A stretch of DNA of 64,000 nucleotides, from the NCBI GenBank assembly GCA_965637545.1, contig OZ281501.1, forward strand, positions 7,502,001-7,566,000, given 5' to 3'. This DNA is from Phallusia mammillata. Taxonomy: Eukaryota. Each line of letters starts with the position of its first letter. Positions within the stretch are counted from its first letter, which is position 1. The translations under genes were made by a program, and so were the position numbers. The notes beneath the pieces were generated by a model, which had not been told where the DNA came from, made no database searches, and saw only the letters and a program-made list of their open reading frames with translations. This document shows, one piece after another, positions 1 to 15,065 of the stretch.

Positions 1-2551
1 GCGCAAAGTCATGCGGCGTCTCGAAGGCTACGAAACTACTGGGAGTTGAAGTTCGGGTCAGACAAGCTTGTTTAGAACAGGTTATTTATATTTTACTGTA
101 CAGGTTTATAGCTGTATTTTGGAGGAAATTAACAGATTTTTAAGTGGTCAGTTTTGTTGCAAACTGCCATAAAAGCGGTTTGTTATGACAAGGTTACTAA
201 AAAAAAAGTATAAAAATCAAGTCCACGGGTGCAAACGTAAACAGAAAAATGACATATTGTAGCTTTTGATTAGCGTCTTTGTTTCTCGAGAAATAGTGTA
301 ACTTACGAACGGCACTGTGAACCACGTGACAAAACACGTCATCGGCATTTCCCAAGCGCCAAATTTAAACATGACATATCAGCGTGCAGGTGATGACGTC
401 AAAAGCGACCCGCATGCGCAGAAACCAGGATGATTTGCATTTTAATACATTACCTCACAAGTAACCTACATTTTTAACATGTATTAAGCATGGTTCACCA
501 CAACTGAACCAGTCAAAAAAGTTATTTACTGCACGTAAATATTTTTTCTGAGTGCTGGCGTTTGAGTTTATGGGCTGTGAAGCCCTTGATTACTATTCTT
601 CCATTAGTTCGTAGGCTGAGAAAAAGGTGTGATTAAAGGTGTTACAAAAAGCAGGTACAAGAAGAAGGGTTCCACGTTGGGAGTTAGTGATGTATGTAGT
701 TTCCTACGTGTGGTATGATGTAAAGAGTAGCCTAGTAATATATAAAAACGGGGATTTGTAATTTACTTCAAAACGCAAGAGTCGATTTTCAGCTAGAACA
801 CCATAATCTAAATAGGCAAATGATTTCACTTCCTAAACTAAATTATACAAGGGTTTATTAATGTCGCGTTGACTCGGTTGTGTCGATTACCCAAATTTTA
901 TATATTTTTGTGTTTGCTCTAATGATTCATACGTGGTGTAAAGTGCAAATTGTGTCTTGTCAATTGCAGTTTCTCAGTAACCTCGCTCTAAATGAAAATG
1001 ACAAACGTGTTTTCGATGCATTCAAATGTCATATACAAACATATGACTAACTGATAATGTTATCTTAATTTCCGGGAGCAAGAGTTTTTGAATTCGACCG
1101 CATCACAAAATAGGAGTTATTGTTAGAAGGGCGTTTCTCCAGAGCACGAAATCGGCCAATCGCGCCAGTGGATTTGCGCGCCAAATCTGACGCGTTATCA
1201 CGTGCTTTTGTTGAACAACAACCGAGCATGACACGCCACAAATGCAGGGTTAGAAATGAAGAAACGCAGTGTTGGAAAACCTAGTAGTTGACGTGGTGCA
1301 ATTCTAGATTCTTTTGCAATCTTTTGCAAAATCTTAAATCTAAACGTTAGTTTAATTGTGATTAAGTGCGAATGATACAATCCAGGCGATAGCGTAGTGC
1401 GCCATTTGGAGGTTGAATATGTCTTTGTTTTAAGTCATACTCGTATGAAGCGTGATACCGAAAAAAAGATTTGCATGCGAAAGATGTAAGTTAAAATATA
1501 GTCAGGGAAGACATTTAAATTCACGAAAAAATGTATATATACAGATATATATATAAAAGTATGACTTATTAGAAGTGGAAACACAAATGTTGATGCTGAA
1601 CGTGTGCTTTTGAACTCTTTAAATATTACACACTAATAGACTTTTAAATTCAAAAATTGGAAAACTTTAAAAAATCCTTCCAAGAAAATTGACGGGCATA
1701 CACATTTCTTCATTTTGTGCCCTGCACATTTGTGAGTTTGCACCTTATTTCGTGCCCTGCGCTTCCGTGCAAAGCGCTGTTGTTATGACAACAATAATAT
1801 CGCGTGCGTGCGGCCATTCACGAATCCCTGGCCAAGAATATCTGGATTACAGGATTGCTTGCGTGACAGCCACAGGACCAAAACACATGCACGTGGCCCA
1901 GAGAGCCGTTGGCGTGTTAACATTTACTAGGATAACATCAATTGAAAGTTCCCCATCTCCTGGAAATGCAGCAAAGCGAAGCTTATCAGATGTGGGGAAG
2001 TTAATTCGGCACATGTCACTAAATTCGCGAACTGAATAAATGCCAGAGATGATCTTAACTGTTATATTACCTGGTAACCTGGTGCTGGAAAGAAGTACTT
2101 GACATGCATTGTCACGAACATTCCCAATACCTATTTTTCGATTATTCTCTTGTCAGTAATGTTCGATAACCATGGCGTTTGTCCTGTGCAACACAAAAAC
2201 ACCGATGAGACCGGACATAAAGAAACTATAAAACATTTAATAACAATGTATTAAGCAAACTAATCTAAATTACCATCCCTTATTTAATTATATTACATGA
2301 AGCGCGACTGGCATCAAAATTTTGCTACCGACTTCAAGGAGTAGTTTTTTAAGTTAAAGTCTCACACGAAACCTCTCATATAAAAAACAAAACTAGTTTG
2401 TTGCATTAAAAGAATATTATTATTAAGTTCAAAACTATGTGGCATTGAAACTTTAAATATGAATCAAATAAAGTTGTTTTTTATGTTTCACAGTCTTTGC
2501 TCATTGCATAGAAACTTTAAGCATAAACTTTGTGTCTCTGTTCTAATCATT

Positions 2552-3583
2552 ATGAGTGATCAACAACAAAGCAATTTAAAAGACGATGACGTCATTATCC
2601 TGACGTCACCGCCGCCGGAAAATGAGGAAGACTCGGAGAGCATTGAGGAGGAAATTCAAGAGGAAACTGAGGACTCAGATCCAGAGGAACCAGATCAAAA
2701 GCAACAGCTTTCGGAAAACAATGCAAGGTTCGTGAAGGTTGAATTTGTACAATTGGTGGAAACACAATTGTGGAAAAATTAAGGGCAAAAGTAGGAATAA
2801 AAGCGTTTTTTTTTTCAAACGGAGGCAAAACTAGCATTACTATATGTCAACTGATTTTTTTTGCATGAACCAAAAACGTAGTTCAAAAATGCAGGTACAC
2901 TATACAAACTATGGAAACCACAAATGATTTTATTTAAAACGATGCCACTGAGAACCGCAAGAAGCTGGCTCGTGAACGCGGTTCATTTTAAACCAGCATT
3001 ACAAAGTCTAAAGTCCATTACTTAAGTCTCTACGGTGCAGACAAATTGCATCATGTGTTATGGCACAACATATACAAAAAGCACAACGTGCAAATCCAAT
3101 GCTAAACCACATCTAGGTCTTCCTAGAAATCGGGCGGTCTCGGGATCGCGTGTCGCCTAGAGAAATCCCGCTATGCCATGCGAGCAGAAGCATGCAGTTA
3201 TATATACGGTTTCTCCCAGTTCTAAAAACTTTGCATACCACCAGGCTCGACCACAGCAGTAGTAGAATGTGTTTTTGTGTGCGCTGCCAGCGATATATCT
3301 ACTACTCTCACGCGAACTCAGCACGCGAACACTTATCGACGGTTTGGGCTGTAAATAGTGTTGATCTAGATGAAGTGGTGTCAAGACGGATTCGGGAGTA
3401 ATGCTTCGGGGGTCACTTTTCACCATGTAGACACTATTTATCGGGAAACTAAATCGTCGATATTACACCGATGAGGAATTTATGACGCGACAAGTATGTT
3501 GTACTGTCGCCCGGATACGATGCGTTCACTGCAAGGAACCAATGAGCTTGTGTGTTGCTGACTTTTGCATTGTGAGCCTATAA
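2552..3583 (+). pseudogene. Decayed coding remnant: acidic N-terminus plus Cys/His clusters
   Basis: TATAAAA near 2378; ATG 2552 opens MSDQQQSNLKDDDVII..EEEIQEETEDSDPEE. Downstream protein-like frames are broken by stops and include CVRCQRYIYYSHANSAREHL and RCVHCKEPMSLCVADFC. Confidence 0.3.
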
Positions 3584-4066
3584 AACTGTTAGACTATAGG
3601 GTCACTTTGCGAAATGGATCACAGACAAAATTACAGAAATGACGAGGGGTTTTCATTATGTCCAATTTCACATACACTATGGACTCTTTTTAAAGGGATA
3701 GTTGTGGTATTTTACATTAGATATCATATTTTCAAAACAAGCACCGCGTTGTAACGGCAGGCGACATTACTGAATTCAATAGCACGAACGTTTCACAAGT
3801 TTATGCAATTTGTGACAAAAAAATTGTGTTAAAATTCATCCATAGTGGGGTTAAAATTGCACAATAATAATTTGGACAGACTGGTGAGAGAAAAAAGAAA
3901 ATTCGAACAAACCCAAAACTGGGTGAAATTAAATGGGTGTCGCACCAAATAGTGCTATAGTGACAGCAAATAACGTGTTTGTCCATGCGTTTGACACATT
4001 TAAAGACTTTAACGCTACTTTCTGGTCCACTTTAAACGAAGTCTAATGAGGAGTCGTTTTAGCGAC

Positions 4067-5830
4067 TCAGGTGTATGAAATCGAGTGTGATTGATTCATT
4101 CCTTTATAGTTTATATCACTGACATTACCGAAAATGCAACAATATGCTCTTGCAATCCTTATTAAAATACTAGATGTATACAAACGTCCGATAAAAACAC
4201 TAAACCAACACTTTGACTTCAACAAACAACCACACATTGCAAGCATACCGTGGAACAAAAGATCATCTGTTACGATTTCACATAAATTGCAATCGATCAT
4301 GTCAAACACGACCTTTTTAACTCCGCTCCGAAAAGCGATTTCCTTGCTTTCTGCGTCATCCACGCCAATTAGGTGTTCCTGTAGTTTGTTCAAAGTTCAA
4401 GTTACCAGAGATCAAGTAGTTTACATCCTCCTTGTGACGTCACAACACTTGTAACGTCACCAGAGCATGAACGACCAACGCGACCCAAGGTTTTGGGTTC
4501 ACGTTGCATTTTTCGTTACGTGCCAAAGCCTCTGGGTTCACCCACGGGGTGAAAAGGTCATGTTTCACTTGACATTTTTACAAGGTTGATTACATTTTTG
4601 CAAAACCTGATAAATACGGAATATAAACCGTAATAAAGATTTTTTGGGCCATTAAATTTCGATGTAAACCAATTTGTTTTCAGTTTGTTGTTGTCAAATA
4701 GTATAATGACGTACGAACACAGTGCAGAATTGATATTACAGCCCAAATAGCAGGCATAACGGACAAAATATTGAATAGACGTTTCGACAACATCTTGTCA
4801 TCAGTGGTAACAGAAATGATAGACATAAAAAAGAACTCCATTATCAATCATAAGGTCATGAGCTGCAGACAAATGTTTAAAACACAAAGGATGATGCCAT
4901 TGCCTACAATCAATTGACAGGTACAGAAGCGAACCACGTTGTCGTCAAACACGTTTCGCGACCTAGCGTGACATATGGCGGTTATGTATTCCGCTGTCAA
5001 CCCTTTTAACACACCCACCATCATGTCGATATCAAAAACTACTGTCACAAACCTGTCACTGATAGCGTGATGTTGGCTTTCCGGCGATAGACCTAATCCC
5101 TGTAGCGGTATTTCCCAACTTCCTATTGCGTCAATGTAAAGTTTATCCCGAAAGGATTACCTGTGATGACCCTCAACAAATAATTTCAACTAAAAAGCCA
5201 GATGACATAATTTGTAAAATATTGGACTTTGACCTTTTGTAACCAGTTCCGACGCTGCTAAAACGTTTTCTTGCGACACCTAGCGACATATCATTTGTTT
5301 TCAGTTTAACACATGTGTCGCAAAACAGTATTTATTTTCCTACAGTATTTCTGTCAATCAAAGTACATTAAGAGTTTGAAAGTAGGCAGGTTGAGGTTAG
5401 ACCTTATTAAAATACAGTTAAATGACAAGATAAAAAACGTTAATGCCCCTCGTTAGCTTCGCGCCAAATGTCACAGTGTGAACTGATGACTGATGACGAC
5501 CGTGTTCCATCCAATTATCCTAACACTTTCATGTGAGAACAATTTGCAGAATCAGAGCTACCTAGACACGCGAGCACAAAAATAGTGCTATTAAAGGCAA
5601 CGGTCTCGGTAGATAAGAGACCCGAAAATAAGTTGGTGCGAGTCGTGACTGGTGGGTTGCAAGCGTAGCACGGTAATGCACATATTGCATGCAAACTAAA
5701 ACCGAAATCTGCCGACCAAACCCTCATCACCTGTACTGATGATCGGCGAGCACGCGAAACAGTTGTTTGGTGACGCGGCAGCCGCAAATACAGATGCCAT
5801 CTAGTTCTGCTTGGCATGTTAGCGGTCAAT
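4067..5830 (-). pseudogene. Decayed zinc-finger-like coding remnant
   Basis: Cys/His motifs in shifting frames: GICICGC (~5790), ACNMC..HDSHQL (~5690), about 100 open codons ending FCTCQ then in another frame IDCRQWHHPLC (PHD-like, ~4900), DCNLC (~4285). Confidence 0.25.
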
Positions 5831-8428
5831 TCCAGTCCGAATTTGCCGCTTTTCGGTTATCGCTGCATTTTTTCGCGTGATGGACTGCTTCAATCATACA
5901 CGCGAAGTAGTTGAAACGTTGTATGCGCACGTAATGATGTATCACCTACGAGTGGTGTGTACCTCTGCTGTGACTATCATGCGCACTTCAATTGGGATGA
6001 TTGGCCTCACGTTGTTACTGGAACTTGATGTGAACATTGAGCTCGATGATTTCAATCCGAAAAGTCTATCGTTCGGTTGAAGAGAGACTAAACATTGAGC
6101 AACACGATATACAAAAACTTATCTTTCTAAATACTAGGAATAAGATAAGGAGCTGCAGATGTGATACAAACTAAGTTGCGAAAACTTTCCCAGCAAGCTG
6201 TTTTTTTCTAAATCAGAAAAGTTAGAAAAATGCATTTACGTCGGGCAAACAACATAACAATTGTTAAATTCTAATGCAGTTTGTCACCAATTAAAAAAAA
6301 CAATTACAAAACTTGTATATTGTGTAACGTTTTGTTTTCGTGCACTGATGAAATCAACAGCGAACACTTTGCAAAAGCAATTTTCTGATATAAAAGCCCT
6401 ATATAAGAGTAGTTTTTGGTAAAGCTTTTTTTGAGTTTAGCGTTCTTGGAAAGAAGTATTATCACAAAAAATCTTGACAAATTGATCAACATTGAAACTG
6501 GACAACATATCCAATTCTCACCACCTACAGTGTCAACTTAGCATCAACCAGGCCAGTTTATGTCGTACCACAGTGTCAGCACAACACATGAAACGAGCAG
6601 TGGTTTTCAGCCTGGAAGCAAACATGTTTTTCAATCAGGAGTGTTTGACTTACGTAAATTGGGTGAGGTCATCACAATGTACTGTCTGAGCACGTGTTTT
6701 TGGTGTTGCCAGCACATACAGTCGTAGAGGTTGTTTTGAGGCTAAGATAAAACATTACCCACAGCGACATATCCAACATAACAAAATAGTAAAAAAGTTG
6801 CTGGATCCAACTCTGGTGTAAAGTATTGTCTTTGCTACATCAATCATAAATGTGCTAAAACTAATGAAAGTTGGAACAATGGCAAACAGCGATACATTAA
6901 TGCAAAAAAGGAACAATAAACAAACTAACAGACGTTCTTAAGACCTTAAAACGGCAAAGTATTTCCATGTTAAGTTTTGTTAAAACTTAGTTGGATTACA
7001 GTGAATTGTCAGCTTTCTGTTTGAACTCAAAACAAGGTTAAATATAAACATAGAAAACGTTGTTGGCATTCTGCGAAAAGCTTTGGTCGTGCCATGCTCG
7101 GTAAACAAAAACGACATCGTGTGGAGAAAGTTAAGACCATTCCCAGGAAAAATATTCAACAACGACAATAACGTGATGGTCGAAGAAAATCATGTGCCGA
7201 AAACAACATTGCTTTTCTCACATTATTGTACTTTTAACTTAATTTACAGAGAAAAAGGTGTACGTGAAAATGTGAAATTAGTTACTTTAGGTGACCCACC
7301 GTGACAACATGTCAGAGATACGTCAATTTCAAAACAGTTAACGAATACTTTTGCTTTTAAAACCACAAAAAAACAAGTTATTTGGGCTTTAAATATAAAA
7401 AAGAATAAAGTGCAACAAACTGCAAACCGAGACAAAAAACGGATTTGTTAACTGTCAACTGATTATTCTCAATGCGCCATGTGCTACTTAAAAAATAAAC
7501 GTTCCGCATTAACCAAGCCATTTTCAGAAATACCACATTCACAAACAAGGTTGCAAAATTCAGCACATCCATCCGTGATAGACATAAAGTAAAAACGCTA
7601 TGTTGAGTTTCATCGCAATCCAGGATTACGGCTCATATAATCCACAAGCTAATACAGCTTAAACTGTTGACGGCAAACCATCACACAATGACTTGCAATT
7701 ACCAAACGTTACGCATCACTGTCATTCAGCTTAAGTTGCTGAACCAGCAGCAAATTTCCAAATTCTGGGTTGATGACTGCGTGGGTTCGATTCGATAAAC
7801 AGTGACGACTTGATGAACTACCCCACGTGGATAATTGTGAGTTCGCGTGAGAGATCGGATTTGCAAGATGAAAGTGGAAATGTTTACTGTAATTGGTTTC
7901 GATATAGCTGAAATTTTATTGCTTGCATTTTTGAGGTATGCAGAGGTAAATAACCATAAAATAAATTCCACTGCAAAAAACATGGGCATTATGACGTTTA
8001 TTTGTAACACATACACGCCAATGTCTTATTCTGCACTTCTAAGTAGCTTTTACGCTTTACTTGGATAGAGACCGATTGTTAACCAGTTACGAAGGCGCGA
8101 AATCCAATGCATGGTTTCTTTAAAGTGGTTATTCCTCAAACGCCCAAAATGGTTGAAATTGCTTTCATCCGGAACCATAGTGTGGCATTACCAGCTTAAC
8201 TTATTTTCTTAACCTAGCCCAGTTTGAACGGTTGCATGTCGTTGTGACATAATGACACCCTGTTCGAAGCCTGGCTCCCTGGATTATGCGTTTTCCAACA
8301 AAGGCGATCAAAAGCGCGCGCGCTGTTACGGCATTAGCACTTGGATCGGCTCAGAGGGTTAAAAGCATCGCGTGCTGCCGAACGGTTAAAGGTGAAACAA
8401 TTATAAGAGGCGTACGCAGGCGACGGTG

Positions 8429-8455
8429 ATTGGCCCACGCCGTCACGTGACCAAT
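8429..8455. promoter_or_regulatory. Promoter-like module: ATTGG - GTCACGTGAC - CCAAT
   Basis: Perfect 10-bp palindromic E-box (USF/TFEB CLEAR type) at 8442-8451, flanked by two inverted CCAAT boxes, in a CpG-rich patch. Confidence 0.55.
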
Positions 8456-10403
8456 CACGGCGAAAATCGCGTGCGAGGCCAAGGGGAAGCAAAGATCGAA
8501 GGTGAAGGCTATTGGGATCGGTAATTAGCTCTACTCAAACGATTGCCGCCGATTGTGATACACAGAGCCCACGTTGTGGAGGACCAGCGGCGCCGGTGTC
8601 GTAAGATTTCCTTCAAACTGCAGTAATTGCTGCACCCGACAACTATTTTCCAGTTTGCAGAGCACATGGCGTAAGAGACGATCATTTACCCCACTGCGCC
8701 GTGTTTACCAATCAACACGTTCAGTAGGTGCCACTGAGTGGTTGTAAACAATGCCACACCCTTACGTGCGTATGTGCCAAGTGCGTAATTGACTCGAAAT
8801 GAACGAGTTTTGGTTTCACAATAGAGAAATTGGTGTAAGAGGGCAGAGATTATGAACATACAGCCGTGGGATCCTAATGCAAATGACTATCTCATGCAAT
8901 AATTGCTAAAAAGAATTTGAAGCACTTCGATTTTAACTATTGACCCTTTACAACGCTTTCGAAGCAGGTGAAACAGATAAAAAACACATACATTTCCTTC
9001 CAAGAAAAGAAAATGTAAACAAAATCCGTCAAAATCATGGCCACTTTAGTAACAATTGATTAACAATGACAAACACACTAATTCGTTTTTTTTTAAATGC
9101 ATCTATTTCCAGTGTTTCACAAAATAAAGTATGATTATTTTTTGTCAAATTCATCTCGACTTCAGTAGGAATTGATAAATAATGCCAAATAAACTGATTG
9201 GTTCAAAAAAATTCAAAGGCAACACAGTTTGTCCCTAAGAAACATCACGTGATGGGCTCCTGTTTCACTGATCAGTCAACACGCTATACTTTCTCATGTC
9301 TGTCATTCAAAACATTCAAATAAAAATTCTAAATATATACAAGCGCGACAAATCTTCTGGCGTCAGTTAACCTGGTAAAATACCGTGGTAGTATTTTCTC
9401 CTAAAAGCTTTGCTCTCTGACTCTAACGTGAGTTTAATGAAGTCGCGAATTCTCGAAAATCTAGCCCACAACAACATTGAACAAACTGATTGCATCGCTG
9501 GCTAAACCACTAATGGATTCGGAGAAACCTAATCATAAGCAACCAATATCAAACAGTAGGAAAACTTAATATCTGTGAGAACCACTGGATTCATCATAAT
9601 GTTCCGTTTGACATGGAATTTATGAAACAAGTAATATTGCTACATTTTTCTTTCGGACAAAATTGTAGGTGGCACAAGTCAGCCAGTATGAAACAACAAA
9701 GGATATTTTGACAAGATAAAAAAAATGTAATTCCTTTTCAAGTTTGTTTGTTAATAACTATGACACATATTCAAAGACAAAATTAAACAGAACTACAATT
9801 TGGCATTTTCTGTATGAATAATGCTTTTTCAATTTTTAAATTAATTGATAATGAAATTGAGGTTTTTTATCAAAAGGCTTAGGATTTTCGATCTAAACAA
9901 AAGTGATCACTTTACAACAATTTCTTTGACAATTCCTAGCCCAGACTCACACATAAAAAGCGTTTCAAAATACAAATATTATCATAACCTAGTGCCCACT
10001 GTAGTATGAGCCATTGCCGTTCCTAGAAGTCTGTCGTTTTTTACCAATAAAGGGAGCGCCATGACACGTCATATAAGTTTGTTTGTGTTAAAGTTCAATT
10101 AGTCGTATAAATCCAGATACCACAATAAGAGATTGAAATCTTCGGCATTGTACATTTTTCGAGTCGAGGGGTCAGACGAATACAAGGACTGGCTTTTAGG
10201 AAACCATAAACACATCACGAATGGTGTTGTTTACATTACACATCCAACCGCATGGAATTTGCATTGCCAGTTTTTAAACAAACCCGCTCTGACCCCAAGA
10301 GCGGTCAAGATGGAGGTATAAATTTGGAAATTACCTCACCACGGAATGGAAAGGAGTCACGGCACGACTTTCGAGTTACGCGCTTATTTCGCTGATCTTC
10401 CAG

Positions 10404-10766
10404 TAGATACGACTTTCACGATGATACAACTGAGCTTGTCAACTGGACAATAGTTTGTAGCGACGTTCCGGGTTATCTGACGAGAAATCAAAGGCGCGGG
10501 CAACAATCTAGGGATGGGCACACTCGCATTTCGTCATTTTCAACTCATTTACCAGCCTGGGTGCAAGAGATAAGCCTAAAACTGGCTCAGAAAACAAGAA
10601 TAATACGACAAAATCGACGGTTCGGAGCCCCCTTTGATGCACTTGACTTTCAATTGGGCAAATTGTCAGCTCTCGCGACAATTGTTGTGTTGACATCGCT
10701 GGCACAACGTCATCAATCACGGGTGCTTTGTAAGAGTGACGTAGCTGATCTGGAGTGCTACTTGCA
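10404..10766 (+). CDS. Candidate upstream exon, possibly PDE9 N-terminal region
   Basis: 363-nt stop-free frame between a pyrimidine-rich acceptor (gatcttccag) and a weak donor (CA/GTAATT), phase 2-2, compatible with exon 18536. LSALATIVVLTSL..CKSDV loosely resembles recalled PDE9A LAVLEKRVELEGL..CKSDI. Confidence 0.3.
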
Positions 10767-13700
10767 GTAATTGAGCGAGTGAAAGCCACCGTTGTATCAC
10801 ATGATTTATCTTACGCCACGAAGGTTGGAATATCACACAAGATGCCAATAATTACCTTGAGATAAAGGACAAGGTTTCAAAGTGCGATATTGTGGTGTTG
10901 TATCTTAATTGCCGGTCATTAATCAGGCGTTGAACCAAGGAGAAGACATTTTGTGAGAAAGTTTGATGCAATTTGCATGTATGATGTAATCTAATCAATC
11001 TGAAGTGCTATATAGTGGAGAAGCAATGTTGACATGCAAAAGGGAGAGGCGTATCTCTGTGTTTTACCATCTAGATTCGCACATTCCTATGAAAATATAT
11101 ACACAAACACCTAAGACGGCAAAAATAGCAAACACTTTTGTCCATACGAAATGGCAGTTGATTGCGGTTTTACATATGGCTTAATTAACCCAACCAAGCT
11201 CATAAAGGCTTAAGCTACCTGGAATTAGCATGTACACCTTGACCTCAACAAACAGAACCTTTTGACAACCTCTCATTAAGAAATACAAACAAACGCAATA
11301 AACCGCGTTCTATGAAGCTCACGACATTAGCGGGAAAACATACGACCGTGACGATAGTGGTGGACCAAACATAATCCCTGTGCACACGTTAAAAAAACAC
11401 CAATAAACAGAGATGGATTAAAGACACAGGTGATGCCAGGTTTCTACGAAAGCACGAGGGAGCGTGGGCCGCGTTAAATGTTTGTTGAAAAAACAAGCCT
11501 ATGCAAAACAAAACCACGCCGACTAAATGGTTATCTTAAGACGGAAGCTATTATGTGGCAGCGGCCTAGATAAGGGTTAAATATAAAGAGTTTGGAAAAC
11601 TCGACTGGAAAGCTTCAAGTAGCAAAAATGTCAATAACCTTTATTAACACTTCAAGACATAAACGCTGCTTATGGTGGATAATGACTAGTGGACATCATG
11701 GCTATGGTTAAATGGGAACGAACAACCTAAACTCTTAATTCCTAAAATATCACATTTTCATCTTTCATTTCACAACACAAACAATTTACCTAAAAACAAT
11801 CATATCCGAGCATAAAGTTCCATGGAAACCTGTTTATGCAAGAAAGCAAAATACTTATTTCAGTTTGGGGTGATGAGTTGTAGACGGGAAATATTTTAGA
11901 CACAAAATTACAGAAAGTTAACTGCTCATTTTATTCATTGGGAAAACACGGAATCATGCGCCTAATTGGATACGAATTCCAAGTGCTTCCAGGGAGAAAG
12001 GTCCTTCAAAAAGAAAATACGCTACTGAAATAATGAGAACATATAGGATGTTGAAAAAGCACCTACTCTAAACGACGTGCTAGTATTTAAGTTGTAACCC
12101 GGCTTGCTGATAGTTGCTACAAAAAGCCCCGATATGTCATGGGAAATTATCAGACTGTCCCGAGACGCCAATGCAGCGACGTAGAACTTAAAGCGCACTT
12201 GTCGCAACACAGACCGCCGTTCGCCGCAGGTTCTTCCACGAAATACTTGTCCGAGAATTGTTTACGCTGCCCACTGCGTGACGTCAAAGCTAGCGAGGCT
12301 CAAGTACTGGCAAGCCGATTGACTTAACCACAATCCTGCGGCCACTCAACGCAGCAAACAGTAATCCTACAGCGTACAAGACGCCGTACACGCTTTCAAT
12401 GCCGGCTTCCCAGCTACAAATCGCCTCAACAGACTTCCCCGTCGCAGGTGGCGACCGCGCAATGCCACATAAAGTAACTTGCGGCCAATGCCTCTAAGTT
12501 CCTGCGAGATTAGCCGCTAAAAATGATAGTGAGGTGTGGCAATTGACTGCAATGCACATTTGGTTGCTTTGAGTTACAACGTATCTTTGATCGTAAATGG
12601 CGTATGAAAGTGATGATCGTTGAGAAAAGACCTCGGTTAAAGATGTCACGAATATTTTTGTGGAAATTAGAATTGAAAATTCCATGTGTATTTATTTGTG
12701 AAGAATTTTAAGTGATCATAGGATTAAGCATTTCGTTGATTTCAGTGCCCATTTTACCAGCTAACCTATCAGCTGCCAAAATCTAATGCTGCTCTTAAAT
12801 TCATTTGTTCATGCAAATCTATGTTCAAAACCCCACCCAATTTAAAGTCTATTGGGATTAAGAGCATACATTTTTTTACCGTTAATTATAACAATAATGC
12901 ACCCAAAAAAGCGTACGTGACTAAGGCAAAGAAGCAATGGTGAGGAATGCAAACATGTTGGTAGTGTTTATGACGAGTTGTTTTGATCGCACACAAACTT
13001 GACGCCATAATTCAATGTCACGGCGACCTTGAAAGCAAGGTGTGGCATACGAAAGTGAGCAGTAAGAGATGGATTTCTTGATGGACTTAAACGCCAGAAC
13101 AGGACGATAGTACCATATTGTGACGATTGCTTAGCTTGGATAGTCCAATTACCTTGTTGGAGCAACCCAGATTGACAACAGGCAACCTGTTTCTACACTC
13201 GTTTGTTGATATTAGCCACGAGAGATTTCAACGAAAAACTAAGTGCTCCGTTCTGCAGATTCCCTGGGTAGTTTGTGTCAATCATGAACACAAAGTTTGA
13301 GGAAAACAGTCTAATTTTTTGTTAAACACGTCAACTGATTACATAAAATGTGTGAAATCACATTATCGTTCGTCATACAGCAACTTGCACATAGTTATAA
13401 AAAGGACATACACAAAAAATTATTTGCCTTTTACAAAATATTGACATGGTCTGGTACCAACCAGCCGGATCTAATAAACAAAACCTTCAGACCATTTTTT
13501 CTATGCGCTTTTGAGACACATCGACTGTGGACTTTCCGCCATTTTGCATGTAGTTATGAGACAAAATCCAATCCTCTTTTCCTTGCTTATAATACCAGTC
13601 ACAGATTAATGAAAATGGTGTCGTTTTGGCAAAACGTGAAGCTTAATGTAGAGCCACAAGCACAAAACCCATGAAAAATTCGATTGAAAAACGACATGCG

Positions 13701-15011
13701 TCATTAACTGGAATTTAAGTATTTGTTGAGACATTAGAAAAGGATTCCAACCTCAAATGCAAAGTAGATGACGCAACAAAAATTGATGTCCAGCCTGGAT
13801 AATCCAGACCAATGACCGGAGATGCAGCTGTAAAGATGAAGTACAACATTCGATTGTGGGATTATCCTACTATTCGGCAAGCACATATGTCAATCAAGGC
13901 TTCCGCCAGCTAGTTGCCAAATCCCGTACTCATTTAACGCACGCTGAAACTGCAGATGCCCAAAGTTTACACAACAGTTTATGTGACGTAAACAGTTTAC
14001 ATGAACGTATGCAGAATTCGGGTGATTTAAACTTCGTTTTAAAGTGTAGAGTTGGCCGTTTTAGTGCGTCAAATCTGATCAAAATTCAGATGGAATGTTC
14101 TGTCATAAAAAATATTTTGGGGTCAAGAAAAAAGTATGTTTGTATTTGCGTACGTTTAGCAAAATATTTTTCAACACAATATTAGTTATTTATTTTCTTT
14201 AAAGCCAACAAACTTACAACAAGAAATATTGTAAACATGAACAACGTAAGAGAGGGTGTTCCCTTTAGTCAATTATACCACCAACCCGGACAAGACATAC
14301 AAAGAGAAAACTTTTAAAACGTATTTAACAATAATTAGAATAATAAAATGGTAACAAACTTTGAGTACAAATTTCCTATTGTTCACAAAGAATAAATTTT
14401 GGTCTTTTACTGTAAACACTCGCAATTAGATGAAAAAGCAAAACCGAATCAAACCAAAATTTTGTCAATTCGACAAAAAAAATCGAACATAAAACCTTTA
14501 TGTCCGGTAAAATTTCCCATAAATACATCCACGACAACCACAAACTGAAGACGATTGGGCACTTACATGTAATTTTCGCTACAGATCGAGACTAGTTGCA
14601 AACATTTTGATGGTTCCTAATTGCGTTCGTACAGAGTTCAACAGACCACAAGAAAGTCTGGAAAGGACCGTAATTATTTCAAAATCACATCAAAGCAAAA
14701 TTGACGTCTCTTTAAAATCGTACGAAGCCCAACGCAAAATATTTCTGCAGCCACAAATGATTCAAGCTGGTGATAGGAAAATTCTGTTTGTCGTTGTTTC
14801 AAACAATACCGACTTTCTGAGAAACTTGTTGTCGTATAGTTTTCGAGAAAGAGTCAACTGTTAAAGCGGATAAGAATCATTGTGTAAACACATGCAGCAA
14901 CTTGTGGTGTGAATGTGAAAGTGTCAAATCATGGTGACGTTTAGACATACCACGGCATTTTATGAATGCATGCAGATAATAATCATCAACCTTTGACAAA
15001 TTTCACACCTT

Positions 15012-15065
15012 GTTGCATCAGTCACGAATCACAAACCAAGGTTGCATCAGTCACGAATCGCAAAC
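15012..15065. repeat. Short tandem duplication, period 29
   Basis: gttgcatcagtcacgaatc(a/g)caaac occurs twice. Confidence 0.85.

Noticed and set aside
11183-11580. TTAA-CCC..AAGGG-TTAA suggesting a piggyBac MITE
   Set aside because: Only 3 bp of terminal complementarity.
13856-14185. 109-aa ORF beginning MGLSYYSAS, reminiscent of a PDE9 N-terminus
   Set aside because: The start codon is GTG, not ATG, and no supported splice path was found.
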